A DNA stretch of 57,197 nt from Candidatus Hydrogenedentota bacterium (GTDB taxonomy: Bacteria > Hydrogenedentota > Hydrogenedentia > Hydrogenedentales > SLHB01). Both the position numbers and the translations under genes were made by a program. Where the stretch lies: contig BTVY01000048.1 of assembly GCA_045863335.1 (NCBI GenBank), forward strand, positions 1,395 through 58,591. The letters are read 5' to 3'. The notes under the pieces were generated by a model. It was not told the DNA's origin, did not search any database, and saw only the letters and a program-made list of their open reading frames with translations. This document shows positions 32,379-42,526 of this stretch, in pieces (within the stretch, counting starts at the first letter, position 1; the number at the start of each line of letters is the position of its first letter).

Positions 32379-33586
32379 CGCGGGGCGAAACGTTTGCCGC
32401 TGAACTGCCGGACCAGTCCTTTCAACTCCAGCAGCGTGAGCGCGCTCAGCGCTTCGGAGATCGAAATGCGGCAGGACTGCGCGATCTCATCGACGTACGA
32501 CCCATCCGGCGCGAGGGCCGACAAGACGGCCTTCTCCGCAGCCGACGCTTCGACGCGCCGCGGTTGCGGAGCGGGGGATGGGGGAGGGGGAGCCGCGACC
32601 GGCGCTTCCGGTTTCGGCTTTCGCAAGAACACGGTCTTCGCATCTGACGCGGCCGGTTTCGGTTGTTCAACCGGCGCCGGAGCCGCCACCGCAACACTCG
32701 CGCGAATCTCCGCCGGCAACTCCAACTCGACCAGGATATCCTCGACGGTTTCCACCAACTTCGCGCCTTCGCGAATGAGCGAATGCGGACCCTGACTGTT
32801 CGTGATGCCGACCTGGCCAGGCACGGCAAAGACCTCGCGCCCCTGTTCCGCCGCCTGCCGCGCGGTGATGAGCGCGCCGCTGCTCAACGGCGCTTCCACG
32901 ATCAACGTGCCCTGGCACATCCCGCTGATGATGCGGTTGCGATAGGGGAAATGCCCCGGCGACGGTTTCGTGCCCATGGGGAACTGCGACACCACCGCCC
33001 CTTGCCGCGTGATCTTGTCCATGAGGTCGGCGTTCTGCTGCGGGTACACAACGTCGACGCCGTTGCCCAACACCGCAATCGTACGGCCACCCGCCGACAG
33101 GGCGCCGCGATGGGCTGCCGTGTCGACTCCCGCGGCGAGTCCGCTCACCACCGTGACGCCCCGCGCGGCCAGTTCGCGCCCGAACTTCTCCGCCATGCGC
33201 AGCCCGTACGGTGACGCGCGCCGCGTGCCCACGATGGCCACACAATGCTGGTCCTGTTCCACGAATTCGCCGCGCACGAAGAGCAGGAGGGGAGGGTCGT
33301 AAATCTCCGCCAGCCGTAACGGATACGCCGGGTCTTCCATTGTAACCACCGACGCGCCGTACTCCTTCATGGCGCGGATCTGGCCGTCTACGTCCGCCAC
33401 ATCGGAATACTGCGCGATCCGCTGCGCCAACTTCGGCCCGACCACGTCTTCCAAGGCCCCCCGGCTCGCCTTCAACACATTCGTTGGACTATGAAACCGC
33501 GCCAGCAACCGGATAAACAATGCTGTCCCCACGCCTGGCACCAGCGCCAGCGTCAACCAATCCCGTTGTTCATCCGTCAGCGACAT
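32375..33586 (-). CDS. dprA: DNA-processing protein DprA
   Basis: AIVGTR, VSGLAAGVD, RNRIISG, SGALITA and C-terminal LELKG motifs; Pro/Ala-rich linker. Confidence 0.95.
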   Translation of the reverse strand: MSLTDEQRDWLTLALVPGVGTALFIRLLARFHSPTNVLKASRGALEDVVGPKLAQRIAQYSDVADVDGQIRAMKEYGASVVTMEDPAYPLRLAEIYDPPLLLFVRGEFVEQDQHCVAIVGTRRASPYGLRMAEKFGRELAARGVTVVSGLAAGVDTAAHRGALSAGGRTIAVLGNGVDVVYPQQNADLMDKITRQGAVVSQFPMGTKPSPGHFPYRNRIISGMCQGTLIVEAPLSSGALITARQAAEQGREVFAVPGQVGITNSQGPHSLIREGAKLVETVEDILVELELPAEIRASVAVAAPAPVEQPKPAASDAKTVFLRKPKPEAPVAAPPPPSPAPQPRRVEASAAEKAVLSALAPDGSYVDEIAQSCRISISEALSALTLLELKGLVRQFSGKRFAPR

Positions 33587-33923
33587 GACAAAACTATAGC
33601 AGGTGCCCAACACGTTGTCGACACCAACCTTCCCCGGCGGAGGGCGGGTTTTCCAACCTGCCAACCGAGAGACTTGACCTGGCGGGATCCCAAAGGACAT
33701 TCAACGTGAACACAATTGAGGCAGCCAAGGAGCACGGGCGTCCCCGCCCGTGTCGCGTGCATCCGTGAGACCTCCGCGTCTCCAGCCTTCCTCGACACCA
33801 ACGTGCCCCACTCGTTCCTCGCGCTTCATCGAAGGGCCACGCACGAACCCATCGCACCCACCTTGCCTTCGAGTGATTTCGACACGCCCGCACCGTATGA
33901 TGTACGAAACTCACGGAGGCGCC

Positions 33924-35540
33924 ATGCACCCATTATCCCGACGCGACTTTCTTCGAGTTGGCATGACTGCAATCGCAGGACTCGGCTTGGCCTCATTCAA
34001 ATCCCACGCCGCCGAATTCGCGCCCGCCGCGACGCGCCCCAACATCCTCTTCATCTTCAGCGACGATCACGCGTGCAACGCGATCGGCGCGTACGGGTCG
34101 CGGATCAACCAGACCCCGAACATCGACCGCATCGCGCGGGAGGGCGCGGTCTTTCTCAACAACACCTGCTGCAACTCCATCTGCGCACCGAGCCGCGCTG
34201 CGGTGTTGACAGGGAAGCACAGTCACGCCAACGGGCAGATGACCAACAAGGAGACCTTCGACGGTTCGCAGCCGACCTTCCCGAAGCTGCTGCAACAGGC
34301 GGGCTACGAAACCGCGCTCATCGGCAAATGGCACCTGCGGTCCGACCCGACGGGCTTTGACTACTGGGATGTCCTTCCAGGGCAAGGTGACTACTACAAC
34401 CCCGAATTCATCTCGCCGGACGGCAAACGCCGGGTCTACGGGTACAACACCGACGTGGTAACCGACCTGTCAATCCGTTGGATGCAGGAGCAGCGGGACC
34501 CGGACAAGCCGTTCCTGCTCATGTGCCAGTACAAGGCGCCGCACCGGACCTGGATGCCGAACTCGGAACACCTCGACCTCTACGAGGACGAGGCCATCCC
34601 CGAGCCGCCGAACCTCTTCGACGATTATTCGGGCCGCACGAGTTCCATCAAGCAGAACGAAATGACCATCGCGAATCACCTCATGATGGGCTACGACCTC
34701 AAAGTCCTGCCGCCGGAAGAAGGCCGGGACGCGAACCTCTTCCCCAACACCTCCTACGTGCAGATGTCGCCCGACCAGAAGGCCGCCTGGGATGCCGCCT
34801 TCGAACCGCGCAACGAATCCTTCAAAGCGGCGAACCTGCAAGGCGACGATCTCGTGCGCTGGAAGTACCAGCAATACATCAAGAACTACCTGCGCTGCAT
34901 CGCGTCCATCGACGATAACATCGGCCGTTTGCTCGACTACCTCGAATGGTCCGGCCAACTCGACAACACCATCGTCGTTTACAGTTCCGATCAGGGGTTC
35001 TACCTCGGCGAACACGGCATGTTCGACAAGCGCTGGATGTACGAAGAATCCCTGAAGATGCCGCTCGTTATGCGTTGGCCGGAGCGTATTGCGCCCGGTA
35101 CGAAGATCGACGCCCTCACGCAGAACATCGACTTCGCGCCCACCTTCCTCGCGGCCGCCGGCATCACGCCGCCGTCCGGGATGCAGGGCGAGAGCCTCAT
35201 CCCCCTCATGCAGAATCCCGGCGCCGAATGGCGCGATGCCATCTATTACCACTACTACGAAGAAGGCGAACACAACGTCGCCCGCCACGAAGGCGTCCGC
35301 ACCGGCCGCTACAAACTCATCCACTTCTACGACGTGGACGAATGGGAGTTCTACGACCTCGAACACGATCCCCACGAAATGCAAAGTAGCTATGATGACC
35401 CGGCGTATACGGGCGAAGTGACGCGACTCAGGGGAATCCTGAAACGCCTGCGGGAACTGTATGGGTTAAACGAACGTCAAGGTGATGGCAAGGTAACAAA
35501 CGGTCCGCAGGGTCCGGTTAAATGGGGAAGACCTTCTTGA
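33924..35540 (+). CDS. Tat-exported Cys-type sulfatase (N-acetylglucosamine-6-sulfatase-like)
   Basis: SRRDFL Tat motif, PNILFIFSDD, CAPSRA, GKWHL and DKRWMYEES; GGAGG RBS. Confidence 0.93.
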   Translation: MHPLSRRDFLRVGMTAIAGLGLASFKSHAAEFAPAATRPNILFIFSDDHACNAIGAYGSRINQTPNIDRIAREGAVFLNNTCCNSICAPSRAAVLTGKHSHANGQMTNKETFDGSQPTFPKLLQQAGYETALIGKWHLRSDPTGFDYWDVLPGQGDYYNPEFISPDGKRRVYGYNTDVVTDLSIRWMQEQRDPDKPFLLMCQYKAPHRTWMPNSEHLDLYEDEAIPEPPNLFDDYSGRTSSIKQNEMTIANHLMMGYDLKVLPPEEGRDANLFPNTSYVQMSPDQKAAWDAAFEPRNESFKAANLQGDDLVRWKYQQYIKNYLRCIASIDDNIGRLLDYLEWSGQLDNTIVVYSSDQGFYLGEHGMFDKRWMYEESLKMPLVMRWPERIAPGTKIDALTQNIDFAPTFLAAAGITPPSGMQGESLIPLMQNPGAEWRDAIYYHYYEEGEHNVARHEGVRTGRYKLIHFYDVDEWEFYDLEHDPHEMQSSYDDPAYTGEVTRLRGILKRLRELYGLNERQGDGKVTNGPQGPVKWGRPS

Positions 35541-35763
35541 TGATCTCGTCGCGACTCAATCCGAAATGCGCTGCTACATCGGCCAGAATCGAGGAAAGGG
35601 TTCCAACCCGGAGAGGATTGTGATTTGGAATCGTGACGTGATGCTCACCCTCTCTTTGCGTGGTCAATCGCATGTGACTGCCCGTTTGACGGGTAATTTG
35701 ATAGTCGAGAACCTTGAGTGCCTTCGCCAATTCGTTCCCCGAGATATTGCGAGGCAGTCTCAA
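35518..35763 (-). CDS. hicA: HicA-family toxin
   Basis: RQTGSHMRL, VTIPNH and GTLSSIL motifs. Confidence 0.88.
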   Translation of the reverse strand: MRLPRNISGNELAKALKVLDYQITRQTGSHMRLTTQREGEHHVTIPNHNPLRVGTLSSILADVAAHFGLSRDEIIKKVFPI

Positions 35764-35966
35764 ACAGTGATGACCTCCTCGCGAACGAAGTGCAACCGCA
35801 CTATCGCGGGGGCTTTGCCTTCATCAAAGTGGCATCGAACCGCGTCCCGCACGTTCTCGTGTAGGTCAGGCAGCGTGTCGCCTTCGGTGAAAATGGATTC
35901 GCCCAAGGCGCGTGCCGTGTAGCCTCCCTCCGGGGATTCCTCGACGAGGAAAATGATTTCGTTCAT
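35760..35966 (-). CDS. hicB: Short HicB-like antitoxin (no DNA-binding domain)
   Basis: EGGYTARALGESIFTEGDTL..L..NVRDAV; AGGAG RBS; 4-nt overlap with hicA. Confidence 0.78.
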   Translation of the reverse strand: MNEIIFLVEESPEGGYTARALGESIFTEGDTLPDLHENVRDAVRCHFDEGKAPAIVRLHFVREEVITV

Positions 35967-36047
35967 ATCGAGACTCCTGAACCTCTGACGCATTCTCGCG
36001 CATCGTCGGCGCTCGCGCAAGTTTCGGATCTCAGGGAATCACCGTCG

Positions 36048-38264
36048 CTACTGCGTCAGCCACCACGCCATGAGATCCGCCAATGCCTGCGGCGGGTTGG
36101 TCGGCGTGGGACCGCCGAACACGTCTTCCTTGTTCAGGCCGTGGCAATTCGTGCAGGACCGGATCTCGCCGGGTTGGAAGGTCAGCCAGTAGCGCTCGCG
36201 CACGGCCGGTGTGCCGTCGGCTTCCGTCGACTGCCACGTCAGTGCGCGCCGCGCAGGCACGAAGGCCGCCATCGACCCGTCGTCGCCGAGCCGCACCGCC
36301 CCTTCCGGCGCATTCGCGTCGAAGGGATTTAATGTTTCATCCATGGGCCGCGCGAGGACGCGTCGTCCGGCCCAGCGGTAGCCGCGCAGTTGCTGACCCT
36401 CGAAGAACTGCATCCAGCCTATCTCCTTCGGCGCACCGCCGCCGTCGGAGGTCTCGTGGTCGCTCCATGCAATCTTCAGGTTCACGTCCTGCTGCTCGTC
36501 GCCGCGCACGGTCACATCCCGGCTCACGACCAGCGCAAGCTCGTTGGCAATTAGATACTGCCGCAGCAACACCACGTTCGCCGCGCCGCCGAGGGCCTGT
36601 TCGAGCACCGCCTGCTCCGTGTCCGGCAGCTCCTCCAGCATGGGCTGGGGCCGCGGCCGCGCCACCACCTCCACCGGCTGCAATTCCCACATGGGACCGT
36701 TGTACAGGGTCATGCGATAGCGGTAGTTGTCGAAGTAGGAGATGCTCTCAACAATCGGTTCCGCCAGCAGCCGCCCGCCGGGGATCAGCGCCCCGTCCGG
36801 TCCACCCGGCACCAGCACCTTGATGGCGTAATCGTACCGGCTGCTCAGCGTAAACGGATTCGGGTACCCCGGGTCGTTCACCGTCGCCTCGTCTTCGTAG
36901 GGACTCTTGCTGTGCACCGCCCAAAGCGTGCCATCGACAGTGGGGAGGGGGTCCCGGAACAACCCGACATTCGCGGCGCCCGGCCGCTGATCGTCGCCGA
37001 TGTAGGTGGAGGTAGCATCGTGGGTCTCATACTTCACCCGCATGTCGTCGGCGTTCTTCGTGGGCTTGGCCTTGATCGAGACGATCTGCCCGGAGGAATG
37101 GGTACCGAATTCCTGGCAATTGGTCATGTAGTACTTGCCAGGCTCCGCGGGGTCCTCCTCAATGTGCATCACGTTGCGAATGCGCGGCGTCGAAAACCCA
37201 TAGCCTTCCCGCGTGTACGACCGCGCGTTCGGAATGTAATTCACGAGTTCGTGACGCCCGATATGGTTCAGCGTTTCCAATCCGGTGCCATCGTGATTCA
37301 GCATCCACGGAAAGAATACATTGAACGAATGGGTCCGCTCCGTCGGTAGCAGGCTGTCCCAGGTTGCATCCTCGAACAACACCCGCTGTTCCGGGAAAAC
37401 CTCGTCGCCCGGCGCGAGCGTGTGATTCACATCCGAATCTTCCGAATCATACGTCACGGCCTCGTACGAAGGATTCTGGTTCTTGATGATCGCCAGCGTA
37501 TCCGCGTCCGCCTGTTGATCGCGCTGCAGGTGGTCCCAACGTGTAAAAATGATCCGGCCAAAACTGTCGACGAAGGGCTCGAAATCGCCGGACGGCGCGT
37601 GGTCCAGCAACTCCAGGTTCGACCCGTCCGGGTCCATCCGCCAGATGCCCGTCACCGTCGCCGCCGATTCGTATTCATCCAACTGCGGATACAGCCTCCG
37701 GTCGCCGTTGCGCGGACGGTCGCTGGTAAACAGGATGCGGTCGTCCGCGTCATAGCTCGGCGCGATGTTGTTGTAGTCCTTCGGCTGTTTCAGCTTCTGG
37801 ATGGAGACCGTCTCGCCTTGCCCGAGCCCGGTCACTTCGTAGATCTGGTAGTAGACGGGATCGTAATCGTTGATCGTCGTGCCGCCGATGACCATCGAAA
37901 ACAGCGCCTTCGTACCGTCCCAATGGACATGCGGATCGCGGACACCGATTTCCTTCCCGGCCTTCGTCCCGAATCCCGCCTCCAACGTGAGATTCCGCAA
38001 GGTGCCGTCCGGGTAGCGAATGTACAAGTCGCCCCCGCGCGGGATGTGATTCGTGTCACCCTGATGATTGCCGAAGGTCGAAACGACCGATCGAAAATCG
38101 AAGGAGTGCGGCGTCTGGGTAACGAAGAGGATGGGGTGCGAAATCAACCCAATGGGGTCCGGCTCGGGTTCCTTATTGCCCGTCGTCGGACAACCACTCA
38201 ACACGAGCAATAGGGCAGGCAAGACACAAAGGGACCGTCGGGGGAACCAGTTCCAAATCGGCAT
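36048..38264 (-). CDS. Lipoprotein with hydrazine-synthase-alpha-like (HZS_alpha) domain and a C-terminal CxxCH
   Basis: LSGC lipobox, propeller-like repeats, DGSMAAFVPA..PGEIRSCTNCHG. Confidence 0.75.
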   Translation of the reverse strand: MPIWNWFPRRSLCVLPALLLVLSGCPTTGNKEPEPDPIGLISHPILFVTQTPHSFDFRSVVSTFGNHQGDTNHIPRGGDLYIRYPDGTLRNLTLEAGFGTKAGKEIGVRDPHVHWDGTKALFSMVIGGTTINDYDPVYYQIYEVTGLGQGETVSIQKLKQPKDYNNIAPSYDADDRILFTSDRPRNGDRRLYPQLDEYESAATVTGIWRMDPDGSNLELLDHAPSGDFEPFVDSFGRIIFTRWDHLQRDQQADADTLAIIKNQNPSYEAVTYDSEDSDVNHTLAPGDEVFPEQRVLFEDATWDSLLPTERTHSFNVFFPWMLNHDGTGLETLNHIGRHELVNYIPNARSYTREGYGFSTPRIRNVMHIEEDPAEPGKYYMTNCQEFGTHSSGQIVSIKAKPTKNADDMRVKYETHDATSTYIGDDQRPGAANVGLFRDPLPTVDGTLWAVHSKSPYEDEATVNDPGYPNPFTLSSRYDYAIKVLVPGGPDGALIPGGRLLAEPIVESISYFDNYRYRMTLYNGPMWELQPVEVVARPRPQPMLEELPDTEQAVLEQALGGAANVVLLRQYLIANELALVVSRDVTVRGDEQQDVNLKIAWSDHETSDGGGAPKEIGWMQFFEGQQLRGYRWAGRRVLARPMDETLNPFDANAPEGAVRLGDDGSMAAFVPARRALTWQSTEADGTPAVRERYWLTFQPGEIRSCTNCHGLNKEDVFGGPTPTNPPQALADLMAWWLTQ

Positions 38265-38489
38265 TCATCTCCTCCCGCAAGTCCCGCGGAATTATGCCAC
38301 AAGGATACAGGATTTGCAAAGGAAATCACAAGGGATGGTGGTAGGGATCGCACTAACTGCTAAATGTAGTGGAGGTGCGAGAAGCGAGAAGTTGCCTAGC
38401 TCATTCTCATTCTTTCGGTATCAACCCGAAATCGGTGAAAATCGGTGCAATCGGTGGACCGCTAGGATTTTGACTTCATCTTCGGGCAA

Positions 38490-40304
38490 TCAACGCGATT
38501 CTGTCTGTTCTTTTCCTCGCTCCGCCATCCCATACCGGTAATTCCACCGCCGGTTCGGCGCGCTGTCGCCGTTGACGCCGAGTTCGTGGACCCCGTCAAA
38601 ACTCTGGATGTTGTCGGCCCAGTGGAAGTCGAAGTGGGGAAGACCGTCCGCCTCTCCCGAAAGCGCTCGGGGAACGGCAAGCTCCAGTTGGTTGCCGCTA
38701 ACCCGGTACTGGGCAGTCCCGATTTGCTCCCATTCTCTGCCGTTCCAGCGTTTCACGGTTGTTTCGGAGTCGTTCAAAATCTCATGGTTGACAAGAATAT
38801 CGTAGCCCAGCCAGCCTGTGGAGGCGTCCTGGTCGGTGTCGATTAGCAGCAGCATCCACATGGGAGCGGTGTGCGGCGTGATGGGATTGGCCGTCTCCAC
38901 GTAGAAATAAAGGTTCGCGTCGTCGTACCCCGCCTTCGACCGGACGATATCGTTTCTGCCGGTGTCGTTCGTGTAGACGAGGTCGCCGTAGCCCCGGTGG
39001 TCGCGGTGAGTCACATCGCCAATGGTATCGCGAAATTCGGGATCAACCGGTTCCCAATCTCCGAAATCCCCATCGACCGCGATCGCCGACGGCCCTTTTG
39101 CCGTTGGCAGCGGCCGGACCCCTTTAAAGCGCCGAATCCAACTCGCGAGTTGGTAGTAGTAGTTGTCCGTATGCCCGCCCATCATCGGTTCGCAGTCGCG
39201 GCTGTACTCGTGGTTGTACTGGTCCACGAACAACCCGCCCGGGAAATAGCAGTCGGTGTCCTTATACTTCGACCATTCCGTGTAGCGCCCGGCGATCCAC
39301 TCGTTCCAGCCCGTGACGAAGATGAACTTCGGATCGACCTCCATGGCCCGTGTCCACTGTTCCTCAAAGTTCAGGCCTAGATTCACCGCGCCGTCCCGCG
39401 TGTCCCTGGCGCCGTTATGCCAGCTCCGCCCCATGGCTCCGGCCTTGTGCGCCATCGGCGCCGGACCCGGCGTGTTCGGCAAGGCATTCTGCGCTACGCC
39501 CACGCTCATCTGCTCCGCCTCACCAGCGCTGTTGCGGAATACGTGCTGCGGGTAGACTTCCAGCCAGCTCCATTGATCCGGGCCGTCAGGACCGAGCCAG
39601 TAATCGGGCATGGGGCGCCGAAACGTGAAGAACTCCAGCATCTCCGGGTCTTTGACAAACTCCTTGTTCGCCAGGATGAACGGCTTACCGTCCCACCGGA
39701 ACCACAGGTCGCTCCAGAGTCCCGGCTTGTACAAATCGTTCCAGACCCGCTCGAGCACCGGCAGCGGATCCCAGAAGGGACAGATGAACCCAATGTACGG
39801 CGTCTTGTTCCCTTCCTCGCGCATCTTCGTGTACTCGCGGCAGAGGGCCTCGTACTCGTCCTTCCAGGTATGCGGCGGATTCGTCGTGTCGAAGAGCACC
39901 ACGTCGACCCCGGCATCGCTCAGCATGCTCGCATGCTTCCGGATGACGAAGGGGTCGGTCATCATGTAATAGCCGAGTTCCGGCTCGCCCCAATGGTGCG
40001 GACTCCCGTTCTCCGGCCAGTCGACCTTGCCGTCCTTCGCCGTGGCGATCAGCTTGGTATTGTCATTTGGCCCGCCCGTTCCGCGGGGGATGTGCCAGGT
40101 CCAATAAAAGATGCCGACCCATTTGTCCTCGCGGGGCGCGCCTGCCTCGGCGTGCCCGGGGACGGATCGGCCCAACGCATCCGTGGCGACCCAGGTATCC
40201 GCGAAGAGATCCCGGACCGAATCAGTCGGGATATCCTGGCCAACGGCCGCGAATGCCATGAAGGCGGCCAATATGATGAACGAACATGGGGTTGACTTGT
40301 GCAT
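38490..40304 (-). CDS. Secreted putative glycoside hydrolase (GH71/GH99-like barrel)
   Basis: Signal peptide from ATG 40304; WGEPELGYY, HASMLSDAGVD and TGWNEW motifs. The upstream part of the ORF-track entry overlaps the next gene. Confidence 0.6.
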   Translation of the reverse strand: MHKSTPCSFIILAAFMAFAAVGQDIPTDSVRDLFADTWVATDALGRSVPGHAEAGAPREDKWVGIFYWTWHIPRGTGGPNDNTKLIATAKDGKVDWPENGSPHHWGEPELGYYMMTDPFVIRKHASMLSDAGVDVVLFDTTNPPHTWKDEYEALCREYTKMREEGNKTPYIGFICPFWDPLPVLERVWNDLYKPGLWSDLWFRWDGKPFILANKEFVKDPEMLEFFTFRRPMPDYWLGPDGPDQWSWLEVYPQHVFRNSAGEAEQMSVGVAQNALPNTPGPAPMAHKAGAMGRSWHNGARDTRDGAVNLGLNFEEQWTRAMEVDPKFIFVTGWNEWIAGRYTEWSKYKDTDCYFPGGLFVDQYNHEYSRDCEPMMGGHTDNYYYQLASWIRRFKGVRPLPTAKGPSAIAVDGDFGDWEPVDPEFRDTIGDVTHRDHRGYGDLVYTNDTGRNDIVRSKAGYDDANLYFYVETANPITPHTAPMWMLLLIDTDQDASTGWLGYDILVNHEILNDSETTVKRWNGREWEQIGTAQYRVSGNQLELAVPRALSGEADGLPHFDFHWADNIQSFDGVHELGVNGDSAPNRRWNYRYGMAERGKEQTESR

Positions 40305-40355
40305 TTCGAGAGTCCCCGCGGGCGTGGTGTGATTATCCTGGTTGCCGATCATGCC

Positions 40356-40395
40356 AAAAAGAAATACCGGGGATCGATTTCCGCGATCCCCGGTA
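40356..40395 (-). terminator. Rho-independent terminator
   Basis: TACCGGGGATCG-loop-CGATCCCCGGTA followed by TTTCTTTTT on the minus strand. Confidence 0.8.
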
Positions 40396-40417
40396 CGAAT
40401 CCTCATCCAAGTCACTG

Positions 40418-41470
40418 CTACAGCTTGATCAAGATGTTCTTTTTCCTTAGATACAGCGCGGTACCGTAGCAGACGCCATAGAACAGGAACCACCCGATCC
40501 ACAACGGCACCATCGGTAACTCGTCCGGCACGAACCGGTGAGCGGTCTCCATGATGCACCACTGGAGAAGATAGATGAACAGCGGATTGATGCCCAGCGT
40601 GGTCAAGTGCGGGATCTTGATCTTCATGATGTCGCAAACGAGATAGAAGCCCAGTAGATGCAGAAAACAAAGTGACGTTGACCACAAGGAGTACGGCATT
40701 GTTGTCCATGTCTTCACAAACGGCCAAAACTCCTTGACGCCCGGCCACTCGGCGCGCAACACCCATCCGGCAATGCCGAAGGCGGCGGCCCATCCGAGAC
40801 AGCCAAGAATGATCTTCTTGGTGTCCTTCGTCATCATGACATCGAAGGCGATCGTGCCCCCCAGCAACATGGTCAGCCAGCTCCAGTGTCCCAGCGGGCC
40901 GCCATTGATGGGCACTTCCAGCAGTTCCGGTCCAAACGGGATAATCTTCCAGATGAGCGGCATGGTTTCGTCGGTATATTTGATGCGATGAATCAAATCG
41001 CCATAGGACGTGTAGCTGAATGCCAACTGATAGAGGCCCAGGAAAATCAAGGCGTAAACGACGCGCACGCTGGGTTTCCGGTCGACGACCCACACCGCGA
41101 GCAGGCCGGCAAGCCCGATGTTCGTCAACGCGTCCCAGAGATAACCGGTGTAGAAGAAGAATGCGACCAAGACCAGCAGCACATACCGCTTAATCAAACT
41201 CTTGCGCGTTTCCCATACGTCTTCGTGTTCTGCGCGTTTCTTGAAGGACAAGCGCATGCCCATGCCTACGACGAACATGAAGATCGGCGCCACGATGTCG
41301 GCAAAGGTCATCCCCGTTCCGGTCTTTGCGTGCTGCAGTTGCGACCACGAGTTATCGAAGATGCCGAAATAGTCCACGAGCAACATGCCGAGAATAGCAT
41401 AGCCGCGGAACTGGTCGATCGACGAGATACGGGCTTTGGAGATTAGGGGTGTGGAGCTTTGGTCAGACAT
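40418..41470 (-). CDS. HGSNAT-like (heparan-alpha-glucosaminide N-acetyltransferase domain) membrane acyltransferase
   Basis: RISSIDQFRG, TFADIVAPIFMFVVG and multiple TM helices. Confidence 0.8.
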   Translation of the reverse strand: MSDQSSTPLISKARISSIDQFRGYAILGMLLVDYFGIFDNSWSQLQHAKTGTGMTFADIVAPIFMFVVGMGMRLSFKKRAEHEDVWETRKSLIKRYVLLVLVAFFFYTGYLWDALTNIGLAGLLAVWVVDRKPSVRVVYALIFLGLYQLAFSYTSYGDLIHRIKYTDETMPLIWKIIPFGPELLEVPINGGPLGHWSWLTMLLGGTIAFDVMMTKDTKKIILGCLGWAAAFGIAGWVLRAEWPGVKEFWPFVKTWTTMPYSLWSTSLCFLHLLGFYLVCDIMKIKIPHLTTLGINPLFIYLLQWCIMETAHRFVPDELPMVPLWIGWFLFYGVCYGTALYLRKKNILIKL

Positions 41471-41615
41471 AGAGGGCTTCTCCTTCGCGAATACGGCTAC
41501 TACGCGTACGGGCTGAAAGGGTAACACATGCGCTTCGACCGCGTCCAATGCCAGATTATACTCTGAGAGTTGAGCGCAGTCCCCTTGCGTCGTGGAAGCC
41601 GTACGAAGGTCGAGT

Positions 41616-41654
41616 ACAAACGCAAACCGGGCTGCGTTCGTAGCCCGGTTTGCG
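41616..41654 (-). terminator. Rho-independent terminator after PEP-CTERM gene 4
   Basis: CGCAAACCGGGCT-loop-AGCCCGGTTTGCG followed by TTTGT on the minus strand. Confidence 0.72.
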
Positions 41655-41682
41655 AAACCTACCCCCAAGTGTTTGTGCGGTG

Positions 41683-42444
41683 TTACCGCACTCTGCGGCG
41701 CATCCGTTGAAGGACCAGTCCGCCTAAGCCCAACCCCAAGAGACTTAACGATGCCGGCTCCGGCACGATGGTGAGTTGCTGGACATTGTCTACCAGCATG
41801 GCCGCTTCGTCGCCATACCCGTGGAGGTTCGCCGGGATCACGTCCACGACGCCGATGCTCAGTGTGTAGAAACCCGCGACCGGGACGACATAGGACCATG
41901 TTCCCCAACCGGTTTCGCGGTCGAATACGGTTGAAGAGATTGTGTTCGCATCAAAAGCGTCGGCTAGTTCGCCCACACTGCCGCCGATGGACACGAAGGC
42001 AAAGTTGTTGTCGATCATGCCACCGCCGATGATCGGAATCTCCGGCGGAATCACGGACGGATCCGGGCAGTCGTTGTCGAAAAAGTTGTAATCGAAGGAG
42101 ATCACGTCGCCCGCTTCCGCATAGAACGTCTGCTGAATCGCGGCACCCTCGATGGGGAAGCCGTTGCCCAGCGTGAGAAAAGTCGGATCGATGAAGTTCA
42201 ACCCCAGGAATTGATTCAGCCCCGTGATATTGAACAGCTCGTCCGTCGGCGTCAGAATCGCCGCCTGATAATTCCCTTCCGTCGGTCCCGACCCCGCAGT
42301 GTTGTCCACGACAAACGTATCGGTTCCGTCAAAAGTGGTCCACCCTGTGAAATCGCCGGTTTCAAACCCGCCGTTCACGATTACGGCCTGCGCACTGCCA
42401 ACGGCAAGCACGCACATAATGCCCACACCAAACGCGCGCTTCAT
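41683..42444 (-). CDS. PEP-CTERM sorting-domain protein 4
   Basis: Signal peptide (..SAQA), NGGFETGDFTGW and IVPEPASLSLLGLGLGGLVLQRMRRR. Confidence 0.93.
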   Translation of the reverse strand: MKRAFGVGIMCVLAVGSAQAVIVNGGFETGDFTGWTTFDGTDTFVVDNTAGSGPTEGNYQAAILTPTDELFNITGLNQFLGLNFIDPTFLTLGNGFPIEGAAIQQTFYAEAGDVISFDYNFFDNDCPDPSVIPPEIPIIGGGMIDNNFAFVSIGGSVGELADAFDANTISSTVFDRETGWGTWSYVVPVAGFYTLSIGVVDVIPANLHGYGDEAAMLVDNVQQLTIVPEPASLSLLGLGLGGLVLQRMRRRVR

Positions 42445-42510
42445 GTCCTTTAGCTCCTTCCCCGACGCGGCCATCGCGTCGTCTCAAGTCTCAAAACCCC
42501 GCATGGAAGA

Positions 42511-42526
42511 AGCAAAAGTTATGCCC
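42511..42526 (-). promoter_or_regulatory. Sigma-54 -24/-12 promoter
   Basis: Minus strand GGGCAT-AACTT-TTGCT with GG-N10-GC spacing. Confidence 0.7.

Noticed and set aside
36048-38264. Anammox (hydrazine synthase) capability
   Set aside because: Only an alpha-like domain with one CxxCH is present, and no other hzs genes are in the window.
40305-41093. N-terminal 263 aa of the 867-aa ORF
   Set aside because: It overlaps the acetyltransferase gene and crosses a terminator; the signal peptide begins at 40304.
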